From positions 1-28,645 of IMG/VR virus record IMGVR_UViG_3300017909_002071: 28,645 bases of DNA, one strand, 5' to 3'. The notes beneath the pieces were generated by a model. That model searched no databases, was not told where the DNA came from, and saw nothing but the letters and a program-made list of their open reading frames with translations. The position numbers were made by a program, and so were the translations under genes. Positions 1-8,349 of the stretch are shown here, one piece after another; position 1 is the first letter of the stretch, and every line of letters begins with the position of its first letter. The stretch is from a virus (lineage: Duplodnaviria > Caudoviricetes).

Positions 1-326
1 AAACGGTCACTAACCTCTTGCGTGACATACAGGGTCTGGTTGAAGTTTTCATTCAGATCCTGGGCACGAATAGCAGAACCTGCGAAAAACTGAGTTCGCA
101 GGTTATCAATTTCGGTTTCTCTAAAAATACGGATGTTACCGGTTCCAGAAGGAGGAGCGGTAACGAATGTGATTTCAGTTAAACTCGAAAACGTATAATC
201 GGTATCTTGAGTTTTTACTAGTCCATCAACGCTTACTTTAACGTCGGACTCTTCTAAATATTCAAATGGAAAATTAAAGGTGACGGTAACACCATCACCA
301 TTACGTAGTGCTTCAGTTGTAGACAT
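1..326 (-). CDS. Tail fibre protein (T7 gp17-like), N-terminal part, truncated by window edge
   Basis: Not in the ORF track; translated by hand from ATG at 326: MSTTEALRNGDGVTVTFNFPFEYLEESDVKVSVDG...IRIFRET...FFAGSAIRAQDLNENFNQTLYVTQE, the typical T7 tail fibre N-terminal anchor domain; follows the gp16-like gene. Confidence 0.92.
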   Translation of the reverse strand, partial: MSTTEALRNGDGVTVTFNFPFEYLEESDVKVSVDGLVKTQDTDYTFSSLTEITFVTAPPSGTGNIRIFRETEIDNLRTQFFAGSAIRAQDLNENFNQTLYVTQEVSDR

Positions 327-355
327 TACACGTTTTGTGTTTAGAACATGGGTGG

Positions 356-3300
356 TTATTTAGCCATGTTATCAATAGTATAGGTAGGCGCTCGACCCAT
401 ACGCTGGTCATCTCTGTTGACACCAGCCTGGTGCACACGAGCTTGGATAGCATCTTGCATCTCTTGAGGAAGTTGAAGCTCAGCCATTTTCTTAGCTTCA
501 GCCGCAGCTGCATCAATGTTGATGTAAAGGTTGTCGAAGATTTTTTCATCGATTTCCTTACCATTTTTCAGACGCAACCCGTGGATAGTATCACGCCATT
601 CTTTGGCATTATAGATACCCATCCAATAGGCAATACGTTCACGGAAGTAGCCATCCTTACCCATAATTTCAAACAACTTAGCTTTTTCTTCAGCGGTGTA
701 TCTTACACCGTTTTCAGCTACGTTAAACACAGGTCGAGTATCATACTCAATCTGCATCAAGAAATCAGCCTCAGGTCGATCACGTCCTTCAAAGACTTTC
801 ATTGGCATAACAGCATTCCAAGCACGCAACCATGGGTTTTCCGTGTAGCCTACTTTGTCGCCGTAAAGCCAATCATGGAGTTCAGGCAGCGCACCTTCAG
901 GATCAAAAACATCAGCAATACCATTCTTATTACGAATGTGCTCTGCTAATTCATTTTCAACTACACGCAAAGCTGGGTTAATAATACGACCCATATCACG
1001 ACGCACACCATGCAACGGTGCCATCGGACTCAGGAAGTTACCAGCCCACCGGGTCTGTGCACCTTGGTCACCACGAGCCACGTCAAACATAGGCTCAAGA
1101 CCAGCAAACATGTCGCGGCTAGTCAAAGATGCAGCAAGGATAAACCACGCCTTGTTGAGGAACAAGTCAGGCTCAGAAATGCTAGTAAAGTTATCCATGA
1201 CGTCAACAGTAAATGCCATCCAGTCACCAACTGGACCAAGCCAGTCGTAACTGTGCCAGTTACCATCGTCATCCATGTAGGTCTTTTTCTTGTAATCAAG
1301 CTCTTGCCTAATACGCTGTCGGTTGGGGTCAAAGTGACCGTTACCACGAATTCTACCTGCTTGCCACATATGGAAGGCAGAGTAAATAGCAGCAACGCCG
1401 ATAGCTTTTTTACCACGCATCTCAGCACGCAATCCATCAAACTCAGCTTGTGTAGCTTTGAGACCACGAGGCTTCATTAGCTTTTCAAGTTCGTCTGCGG
1501 TAAAATTGTGCATCTTTGTAGTGCCTACAATCTTTTTGTAATCATCCATAAACATGGTGACTGGACTGTAGGTTCCAAAAGTAGATACGACGTTAGCGCT
1601 GGTTTTAGGGAACAGTACAAACGGTTTTAGCCAAGGGTTAGCTTTAATAAGATTGGAGAACGCACGGACACGAGGGGTGTCTAGGTTCAAGGCAATCTCA
1701 GAAGTAGCGTAGTCTACGTAATCATTTTTGATCAGACCCTTTGTATCAAACATAGAGTCATAGTATTCCTTAGCCTTAGCTTTAAAAGCTTCCTTAGTTG
1801 GTTTTATACCTTCGTCAATAAAGTCGTCATATGCCAGCATCCGTGCACGACCGTTAGCCATGACAGCACGCGTAAATCCGTCAAACGCAGACATAGCGTT
1901 AGCACCAAATCGCAGTATAGGATTGTTGCCAAGTGCGTCGAGAGTTTCTGCAATTTCTAACAAAGCGGCGGGACCGTGTTCACCACGTTTTGCGGAAGCA
2001 TCAGCAAATGAGCGCAGAAGCTCAAAGTTTTCAAGGTTACGTGTAACAAGATCATCACGTACCATATAGCTGACACTATTGGGATCTTTAGATGCCATGG
2101 TGAACACCTTACCCATGTGTTTGGTGCCTTTAACAAAGGAATCCATAATAGCACTATACGTGACAAAACCACGTTTCAACTGACGGAAATCAAGACCAAT
2201 AATTGAGCCACCAAGGTGTGCAACAGGTTTAGCGATCATACCGCCAGTGTTACCCATGATTGCCTTCATAGGAGTGGAGGCAGAAGTCAGGATAGAGTTA
2301 TAGTAGTTGGAGTAGAGACCTTGTACAATAACATTGGGGATGTCAGGACGCTTATCATATACAGCCTTTTGAATGGCAGGCAAACTTTCCTTGATGTACT
2401 CGTTAAGTTTAGCCATGGTATTGATGTCGCCATCAGAAAACTCATAAGCCAAACGCAGCGGATCAAAGAACTCAGGACGTTCTTCAGAAACAGCCTTAAG
2501 CGTCTGAATAAACTTCATCGCTTCATCAGCAGATTCCTCAGCAAGATCGTCTGCTGTTTTAGCAGCTTCACGTGCAGCGTCTTGAATAGCTTGTGGGTTA
2601 TTAGGATTACGCTTCCAAGTGTTAAGGAAGTTAAGCTTTTGACCACGCATTTTCTTAGCCAAACCAGTCTCCATAACGAGATAGGTCAAGCGATCAAAGA
2701 TACGGTCTTGAGCTTCCTTAACTGCAAGAGTGCCTTCCATATTACGTGCTTGCTCGGCAATGTCAGAAACCTGACCAGCCAAGGAAGTCGTAAGGTATGC
2801 ACGAGCTTTTTCAGCATCAAGGTTGACATAATCATCAAGATATTTCTTGATAGCTTTCATGCCAGCATTGAGACCTTCATCATTCAATACTTTAACACTT
2901 TTACCAAGTCGAGTATATTCTTCGGTAAACTCATTCATCATAACCTTGAGCCAGCCGGGATCAGCTTGTGGATCAGTAAGCAACTCAGCAAGTCGAGTAC
3001 CAGCAGCGTCAATCTGTTCAAAACCAATCTTAGCACCATCGGGTAGAATAGCATCGTAAGATCCAGCTTTACGGATCTGTTCTTGCACAGCTTCCATAAT
3101 AGTACGCTTAGGCAGTTCGTCTGCTTCTAAGCCATACTTAAGGGCTGCTTCAGATACCATGCTACGCAGTCTGCCTTGGACTGTGCCGATGTTGCTATCG
3201 ATACGCACCTGGTCCACAGCAGCCCCTACAACACCCATGTCATCGGCTGTACGTACACCAAGCTCATCCGAGTGGAAAACGTCGTGTACGCCCTTTGTAG

Positions 3301-4339
3301 CCTCCTCTGGGTTAGCGTTCTTAGATAGAGCTAGTTCACCAATCTCATCCAAAGCCTGCTCTGTTTTAGCAGCAGCAGCCTCCATGTTTTCCATGAACGC
3401 TTGGGGATCGGTTTCTTCAGCCCTAGCAAATGCTGCGGCTGCAGACTCATCTTTAAACACGTAGTCAGTCATGCTACGGGTTCCGCGGATAGAACGGAAC
3501 AGCTTAATACCAGCTTCCAAGAAACTAGAAGTAAAGCCAAGCATAACACCTTCGTTGCGGTTCTTTTCAGCCCACACATCAGGTGACTCACCATCAAGGG
3601 TAGCCCAGTCACTGGGAATATACTTACCAACTGCTTTCCACTCTTTCTTCAAGAAACCAGCAAGGTTGTCGTCTAGTTGGTTAGTCTTAGCAGTAGAGTC
3701 AACATAAGCACCGATACCAGTATCAATACCCAAGTCAAGCATCCATTTCAATGCTCGGTTGGTTTTAGGAGCACGTGTAGCCAACGGACTACGAGCAGCG
3801 ATGCTGCCGCTCACACCTTTGACTGATCCTTTAAGTCCTAAAAATGGCAAGATCAGACCACTAATACCACGGATGCTTTTGGCAAGTTCGTTTTCATATT
3901 GAGGGCGCTTGCGAAAGTTGGCAAACGGAAGCTTGTTAACTTCATCAACAATATAATCATTGATACCAGCTGATGGAGCACTAATAATGTCCATCAAAGA
4001 ATCCCAACCACCTTTGTCCTCATTCAGACCACTTTCAGATCTAGGATCTCGTGCATACATTTCTGTACGCATACGCTCTTGCTCATCTAGGTTAGCCTGT
4101 TGTTCTGGGGTAAACCTAGAAGTAATTTCTGCAGGTTCTTTATCCTCAACTTCAATGTCAGGATAGATTTCTTGCAGTGCATCGCTAATAGCACCTGCAT
4201 CAAAGGTGTCAGTAGACTCACCACCACCATCGGTGGTCTCAGTATCTACAATTTCTTCTTGTTCATTTGCTACCTTATCTGCCAAAGCGTCTGACAAATC
4301 AGGCATTTGAATCTCTTGTAAGGGATCGTAATCCATCAA
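356..4339 (-). CDS. Internal virion (core/ejection) protein, T7 gp16-like
   Basis: 1327 aa, largely helical-looking, last gene before the tail fibre; size and synteny match gp16. Confidence 0.8.
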   Translation of the reverse strand: MMDYDPLQEIQMPDLSDALADKVANEQEEIVDTETTDGGGESTDTFDAGAISDALQEIYPDIEVEDKEPAEITSRFTPEQQANLDEQERMRTEMYARDPRSESGLNEDKGGWDSLMDIISAPSAGINDYIVDEVNKLPFANFRKRPQYENELAKSIRGISGLILPFLGLKGSVKGVSGSIAARSPLATRAPKTNRALKWMLDLGIDTGIGAYVDSTAKTNQLDDNLAGFLKKEWKAVGKYIPSDWATLDGESPDVWAEKNRNEGVMLGFTSSFLEAGIKLFRSIRGTRSMTDYVFKDESAAAAFARAEETDPQAFMENMEAAAAKTEQALDEIGELALSKNANPEEATKGVHDVFHSDELGVRTADDMGVVGAAVDQVRIDSNIGTVQGRLRSMVSEAALKYGLEADELPKRTIMEAVQEQIRKAGSYDAILPDGAKIGFEQIDAAGTRLAELLTDPQADPGWLKVMMNEFTEEYTRLGKSVKVLNDEGLNAGMKAIKKYLDDYVNLDAEKARAYLTTSLAGQVSDIAEQARNMEGTLAVKEAQDRIFDRLTYLVMETGLAKKMRGQKLNFLNTWKRNPNNPQAIQDAAREAAKTADDLAEESADEAMKFIQTLKAVSEERPEFFDPLRLAYEFSDGDINTMAKLNEYIKESLPAIQKAVYDKRPDIPNVIVQGLYSNYYNSILTSASTPMKAIMGNTGGMIAKPVAHLGGSIIGLDFRQLKRGFVTYSAIMDSFVKGTKHMGKVFTMASKDPNSVSYMVRDDLVTRNLENFELLRSFADASAKRGEHGPAALLEIAETLDALGNNPILRFGANAMSAFDGFTRAVMANGRARMLAYDDFIDEGIKPTKEAFKAKAKEYYDSMFDTKGLIKNDYVDYATSEIALNLDTPRVRAFSNLIKANPWLKPFVLFPKTSANVVSTFGTYSPVTMFMDDYKKIVGTTKMHNFTADELEKLMKPRGLKATQAEFDGLRAEMRGKKAIGVAAIYSAFHMWQAGRIRGNGHFDPNRQRIRQELDYKKKTYMDDDGNWHSYDWLGPVGDWMAFTVDVMDNFTSISEPDLFLNKAWFILAASLTSRDMFAGLEPMFDVARGDQGAQTRWAGNFLSPMAPLHGVRRDMGRIINPALRVVENELAEHIRNKNGIADVFDPEGALPELHDWLYGDKVGYTENPWLRAWNAVMPMKVFEGRDRPEADFLMQIEYDTRPVFNVAENGVRYTAEEKAKLFEIMGKDGYFRERIAYWMGIYNAKEWRDTIHGLRLKNGKEIDEKIFDNLYINIDAAAAEAKKMAELQLPQEMQDAIQARVHQAGVNRDDQRMGRAPTYTIDNMAK

Positions 4340-7167
4340 CGTCCCCTCCTAAGAAGTTGAAATGTCATAGCGCGTGCCTCCTGGTCTCGCAGTAATGTGT
4401 TGTAGTTGTTGCCAAAACCAGCGGCTTGTAGCCTACCATTTACAATAAATGAATCAGCACGAGCTTTACCGATTGTTTGCATCGACAATCCTTGCTTAAG
4501 TAAAGCTGGGAATTGTTTTACAAAATCAGGGACAGCTGCGGGTGCTTGTACTGTTAAATCAGCAATATTAAACATCAACGCTTCATAAGCTTTAGTACCA
4601 TGACGAACGCCAAGTTGTGCCAGCTTAGGAGCATACTGTTTTTCTAGTACTTCAAACCTACGATTAAAAATAGCATCAGCTTCGGTAGGGCTTCCTTGGA
4701 AACCACCATAACTTACACTACCTACATTTCGACGTCCTTTTGCAGGACCGCCAGTTGCTGGGTCTACATGACCATCCCAGTTTCTGGTATAACCACCATC
4801 GTAGGTACGGTTACCCTCGTTAATACCAACCGTTACCAAGAATCTATGCTGACCCTTAGGTGCTCTACGGAAGGTTTGTTGTGGGAATGCTGTATCTCCA
4901 GGAGGTTGTGAAGCGACAAGATTTTCAAAACCAGGTCGTACAGACATACCATTAACAGGACCGAACTGAGCCGGATCCATATAATCCTGACCGTTACGGA
5001 TTGCCCTACGCTTTAGCCGATACATATGTGCCTGCTGTGCACTGGCGTTACGTAAGATATATGGGTTTTGAGCTGTTTGTGCTTGCTCAGGTGTGATGAC
5101 TCCATAACCTACAGCAGCGGCTAGGAGCAATGCTTCAGGTTTTGCGATCACATTAACTCCTAAAGTATCATTTAAAACTGATCGTTTGTATTCTAAATCT
5201 TTACCAATCGACCCAGTTTGTAGGAAAGATCTCAAAGCTTCACGAGTTTCTTCAGCACTTTGGAAAATCAATGAAGGGTTTTTGACAATAGCTTCAGCAA
5301 TACCTTTCGTCGTCTTGCTTTCTTCAGCCAACGTAACCATGTTTGTACGTTGAGCTGTTTGGGCTTTTTCAAGCGGAGGTTCAGGGAAGTTGTCAAAATT
5401 ACCGTTCTTAGGATTTACGTAGAACTCATGGTCTTCATCTTTAGAATCCTCTCGCCACATACCTAACGCAATGTTCTGAGCTTCTAAAGCTACCGCTTTT
5501 TTAGTCCGCTGTTGATCAGGTGGCAGCTTAGCATTCTCTGCCATAAGTCTATCATACTCATCTTCATAGATGCCTTGATAGTGCTCATTAACTGCATCAG
5601 CTCGTTGTGTCAAGTTACCTTGTGGATCAACAAATTTAGCGTTCTTACCTTTGATAGCCTTTTTAATTTGACTAGATCCAAACTTAAATTCTTCAGATTC
5701 CTTACGATCAGCCTGTGCTTCTAGCTTATCTTTATAGCGAGCGTAGATTACAGGATTCAAAGCGTAATCAGCGTCTAGACTGACTTGACCAGTTTCAAGC
5801 GCAATCCTTGCAGCCTTATCAAGTTCAGAAAGCTGCTCACCTTCGACCGAAGATAGACGCATCATCCTTGATAGGGTTGCGTTCATTTCTTGGTTTGGAA
5901 TACCAATCTCACCAGCTTTGAGTGTAACTTCATCCTGTTTGTCGATATAGTCAGCTATAGTACAGGTACCGCTTTCAAGGCATCCACGTACAAACTGTTG
6001 CACGTCAAACTCTAGCTCAGCTTTATCGGCTTTACGTTTGTTGTTACGGAACTTGGTAATGTTATCTTTATAGGCTCTGAGGATTTCTCCAGCTTTTGCT
6101 GGTGCTCGATCAATAAACCTTTGACCGTCTTCTAATACACCTTCATTCAAAAGCTTACCAATTGGCAACTCTGCACCATTAAGTGCAACTGTGCTAACGT
6201 AATCCTTTAAACGTTTGAAGAAACGTGTAGGAGTGTTGGTAAGTGATTTTCCATCCTTACTCCACATGCTTTTAGCATCTACTTGGAACTCAGCAAGTGC
6301 GGCATAGTTGCCCAACTTGATCTGTTCCATCAGGTTGGTTACACCAGACTTGAATCTAGTTTCACCATCATTACCTCTAGTCTGCCTAGAATAAGCCCGC
6401 TCCAGCTGTGCATCGACGGTAAAACCAGTCGCCATTTCACGCTGAATTAGATCGTTATTGACATCAGCAAGTAACTCATGACCCATAAATGCAGTACGCA
6501 AATGGGACATAATTTGTTTAAATTGAAAATCGGGCAGATTCTTTTGATTAATCTTTACGAAAACAAGCTCGTTGTTCTCGTCACGAACCGGAACTTCAGT
6601 ATCGTTGATCTCTAGCTGTGTCGCCATCCATTCAGGATAGACGTTCTGGAACATATGTCCAGCGATCCTACGTTTAAGGGCGATCTGACCGTGGTTTGAA
6701 AAGTTCAGAATACCACGAGGCACATCGTAACTATCAGCGATCTCTGAAGCTTTAGCAGCAGCATGTTTAGTTACGTTGTCAATATCCTTTTCGTTCTGCT
6801 CAATAGCCAACATCTCTGCATTTTGAGGGATTAACCCTTGTCGCAGCATCTGGTAGTATTGATCATCAGCACGTGCCATCTGAATGGCAACGTCTACGTT
6901 TTGAACATCAGTTAGAGTTTTAACAGCTTGCGGTAAAAGCTCGGAAAACTTACCAATAGTTTCGGTAAGCGAGCCTTCACCAGTGCTGCTAGCATATAAA
7001 GCAGGCGCATTCAGTTTATTATCTTCAGCAAGAGTGCTAAAGGTTCCCTGAATAGCAGCGAGGTTTTGTTGCAATGATGGGTTAGGATCAGGCAGCTTAA
7101 GTGGATCAAACTCTTGAGATTGAGCAGCTGACTGAAACTGAACCTGAGTCAAGTTTGGTAGTTTCAT
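4336..7167 (-). CDS. Internal virion protein, T7 gp15-like, with possible C-terminal muralytic domain
   Basis: 943 aa between the gp14-like and gp16-like genes; 4-nt overlap with the next gene; distinct C-terminal domain starting near VGINEGNRT. Confidence 0.7.
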   Translation of the reverse strand: MKLPNLTQVQFQSAAQSQEFDPLKLPDPNPSLQQNLAAIQGTFSTLAEDNKLNAPALYASSTGEGSLTETIGKFSELLPQAVKTLTDVQNVDVAIQMARADDQYYQMLRQGLIPQNAEMLAIEQNEKDIDNVTKHAAAKASEIADSYDVPRGILNFSNHGQIALKRRIAGHMFQNVYPEWMATQLEINDTEVPVRDENNELVFVKINQKNLPDFQFKQIMSHLRTAFMGHELLADVNNDLIQREMATGFTVDAQLERAYSRQTRGNDGETRFKSGVTNLMEQIKLGNYAALAEFQVDAKSMWSKDGKSLTNTPTRFFKRLKDYVSTVALNGAELPIGKLLNEGVLEDGQRFIDRAPAKAGEILRAYKDNITKFRNNKRKADKAELEFDVQQFVRGCLESGTCTIADYIDKQDEVTLKAGEIGIPNQEMNATLSRMMRLSSVEGEQLSELDKAARIALETGQVSLDADYALNPVIYARYKDKLEAQADRKESEEFKFGSSQIKKAIKGKNAKFVDPQGNLTQRADAVNEHYQGIYEDEYDRLMAENAKLPPDQQRTKKAVALEAQNIALGMWREDSKDEDHEFYVNPKNGNFDNFPEPPLEKAQTAQRTNMVTLAEESKTTKGIAEAIVKNPSLIFQSAEETREALRSFLQTGSIGKDLEYKRSVLNDTLGVNVIAKPEALLLAAAVGYGVITPEQAQTAQNPYILRNASAQQAHMYRLKRRAIRNGQDYMDPAQFGPVNGMSVRPGFENLVASQPPGDTAFPQQTFRRAPKGQHRFLVTVGINEGNRTYDGGYTRNWDGHVDPATGGPAKGRRNVGSVSYGGFQGSPTEADAIFNRRFEVLEKQYAPKLAQLGVRHGTKAYEALMFNIADLTVQAPAAVPDFVKQFPALLKQGLSMQTIGKARADSFIVNGRLQAAGFGNNYNTLLRDQEARAMTFQLLRRGR

Positions 7168-7183
7168 TCGTTATCCCGTGGGA

Positions 7184-7933
7184 TTAGGCTTTACCGTCTC
7201 GGTTAATAGTAATGTTGTTAGTTGTGTTTGTACGAGGTCTAAATACAGAGTTTGTATTGAACGCAGTATCAAACTGTTTGAAAGTGCTAAGACCAGACTG
7301 CACACCACCCATGATCTTCATAGCAGTATTGAAGAAGCCGCCACCACTACTCTGCGTGTAAGCAGGAATGTAGCCACGTGATTCCATCTGCATCATAGGA
7401 CCGCCATCCATAATAGGTGCAATGGTGTTCAGATTGGCTTGACGCAAGGCGCCACCAATACCACCAATATTACGACCATATTGACGTTGTGCACTAGTAA
7501 CACTTTCAACAAATCTAGCTTGATTTCGTCCATATTCACCTAAGGTCTGAATAGCCCTTGCCCTATCTGCACTTCGCCCGTAGGTTTCTGTAGCAGCAGC
7601 AATGCCTTCAGCTTGCATAAGTTCGTTCAATAAGCCCTCCTTTTGGAAAGCAAATTGCATCATCTGTTCAGCGTATTTAGCCTGTTCAGTTTGGAAGGAT
7701 GCGTTTGCGGCTGCAAAGTTCTCGTCAAACTGTTTAGTAACTTGTGCTACTTTACGCTCGTATGCACGTTGCCGGTACTCATTGAGCATCCGGGTTTTGT
7801 ACATACCCAATGTGTTATTGTATGCAGCGGCACCGATTTGTGAAGAACGGTCTTGTACTGGTTTGGTCGCAAACATCGACGACAAACCCTGAAAAAGACC
7901 TACACCAGCACCGATTGCGGTTATGGGATCCAT
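7184..7933 (-). CDS. Internal virion protein, T7 gp14-like
   Basis: 249 aa; MDPITAIGAGVGLFQGLSSM Gly/Ala-rich N-terminus and Gln/Ala-rich helical core typical of gp14; synteny. Confidence 0.7.
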   Translation of the reverse strand: MDPITAIGAGVGLFQGLSSMFATKPVQDRSSQIGAAAYNNTLGMYKTRMLNEYRQRAYERKVAQVTKQFDENFAAANASFQTEQAKYAEQMMQFAFQKEGLLNELMQAEGIAAATETYGRSADRARAIQTLGEYGRNQARFVESVTSAQRQYGRNIGGIGGALRQANLNTIAPIMDGGPMMQMESRGYIPAYTQSSGGGFFNTAMKIMGGVQSGLSTFKQFDTAFNTNSVFRPRTNTTNNITINRDGKA

Positions 7934-8349
7934 GGTTTAGTCCAATAAAATTCTTTTAGATCTGAGTTGACATACCAGTCAGGATGCCATCGTCGCCACC
8001 TAGAAAACGTTTTGTATTGTTTGTCTGGGTCAGCACTTGTACAATCTATAAAGATCGTATCTCCTGCTGGTATCAGCCAACGCAATCGGAGGACTTCGTA
8101 GAATCCACGTGGGATAGTTGCAAAGCCCTCAGTGCCAGTCATGCGGTTATGCAAGGATCGGCTGCGTCGATTTTGTTTTTCATGATACCAGTCGTTTATC
8201 TGTCGTCGAGATTTACCTACAGCAAACCCTACTTTCCACACCACAGTACCGTCAGGCACTTTGTCCCAGGGTTCAATAAACACCTTACATATATGCTTAC
8301 CTATTTTAATAGTAGATGTAAGGCGTCTGCGGCGTGGTCTGTAGATCAT
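7921..8349 (-). CDS. Hypothetical protein at the T7 gp13 position
   Basis: 142 aa, Trp/Arg-rich; overlaps both neighbours and fills the gap between tail tube B and the gp14-like gene. Confidence 0.65.
   Translation of the reverse strand: MIYRPRRRRLTSTIKIGKHICKVFIEPWDKVPDGTVVWKVGFAVGKSRRQINDWYHEKQNRRSRSLHNRMTGTEGFATIPRGFYEVLRLRWLIPAGDTIFIDCTSADPDKQYKTFSRWRRWHPDWYVNSDLKEFYWTKPWIP

Noticed and set aside
335-3046. Long plus-strand ORFs (335-949, 1010-1480, 2216-3046) inside the gp16-like gene
   Set aside because: Antisense shadows with unnatural composition and no motif support
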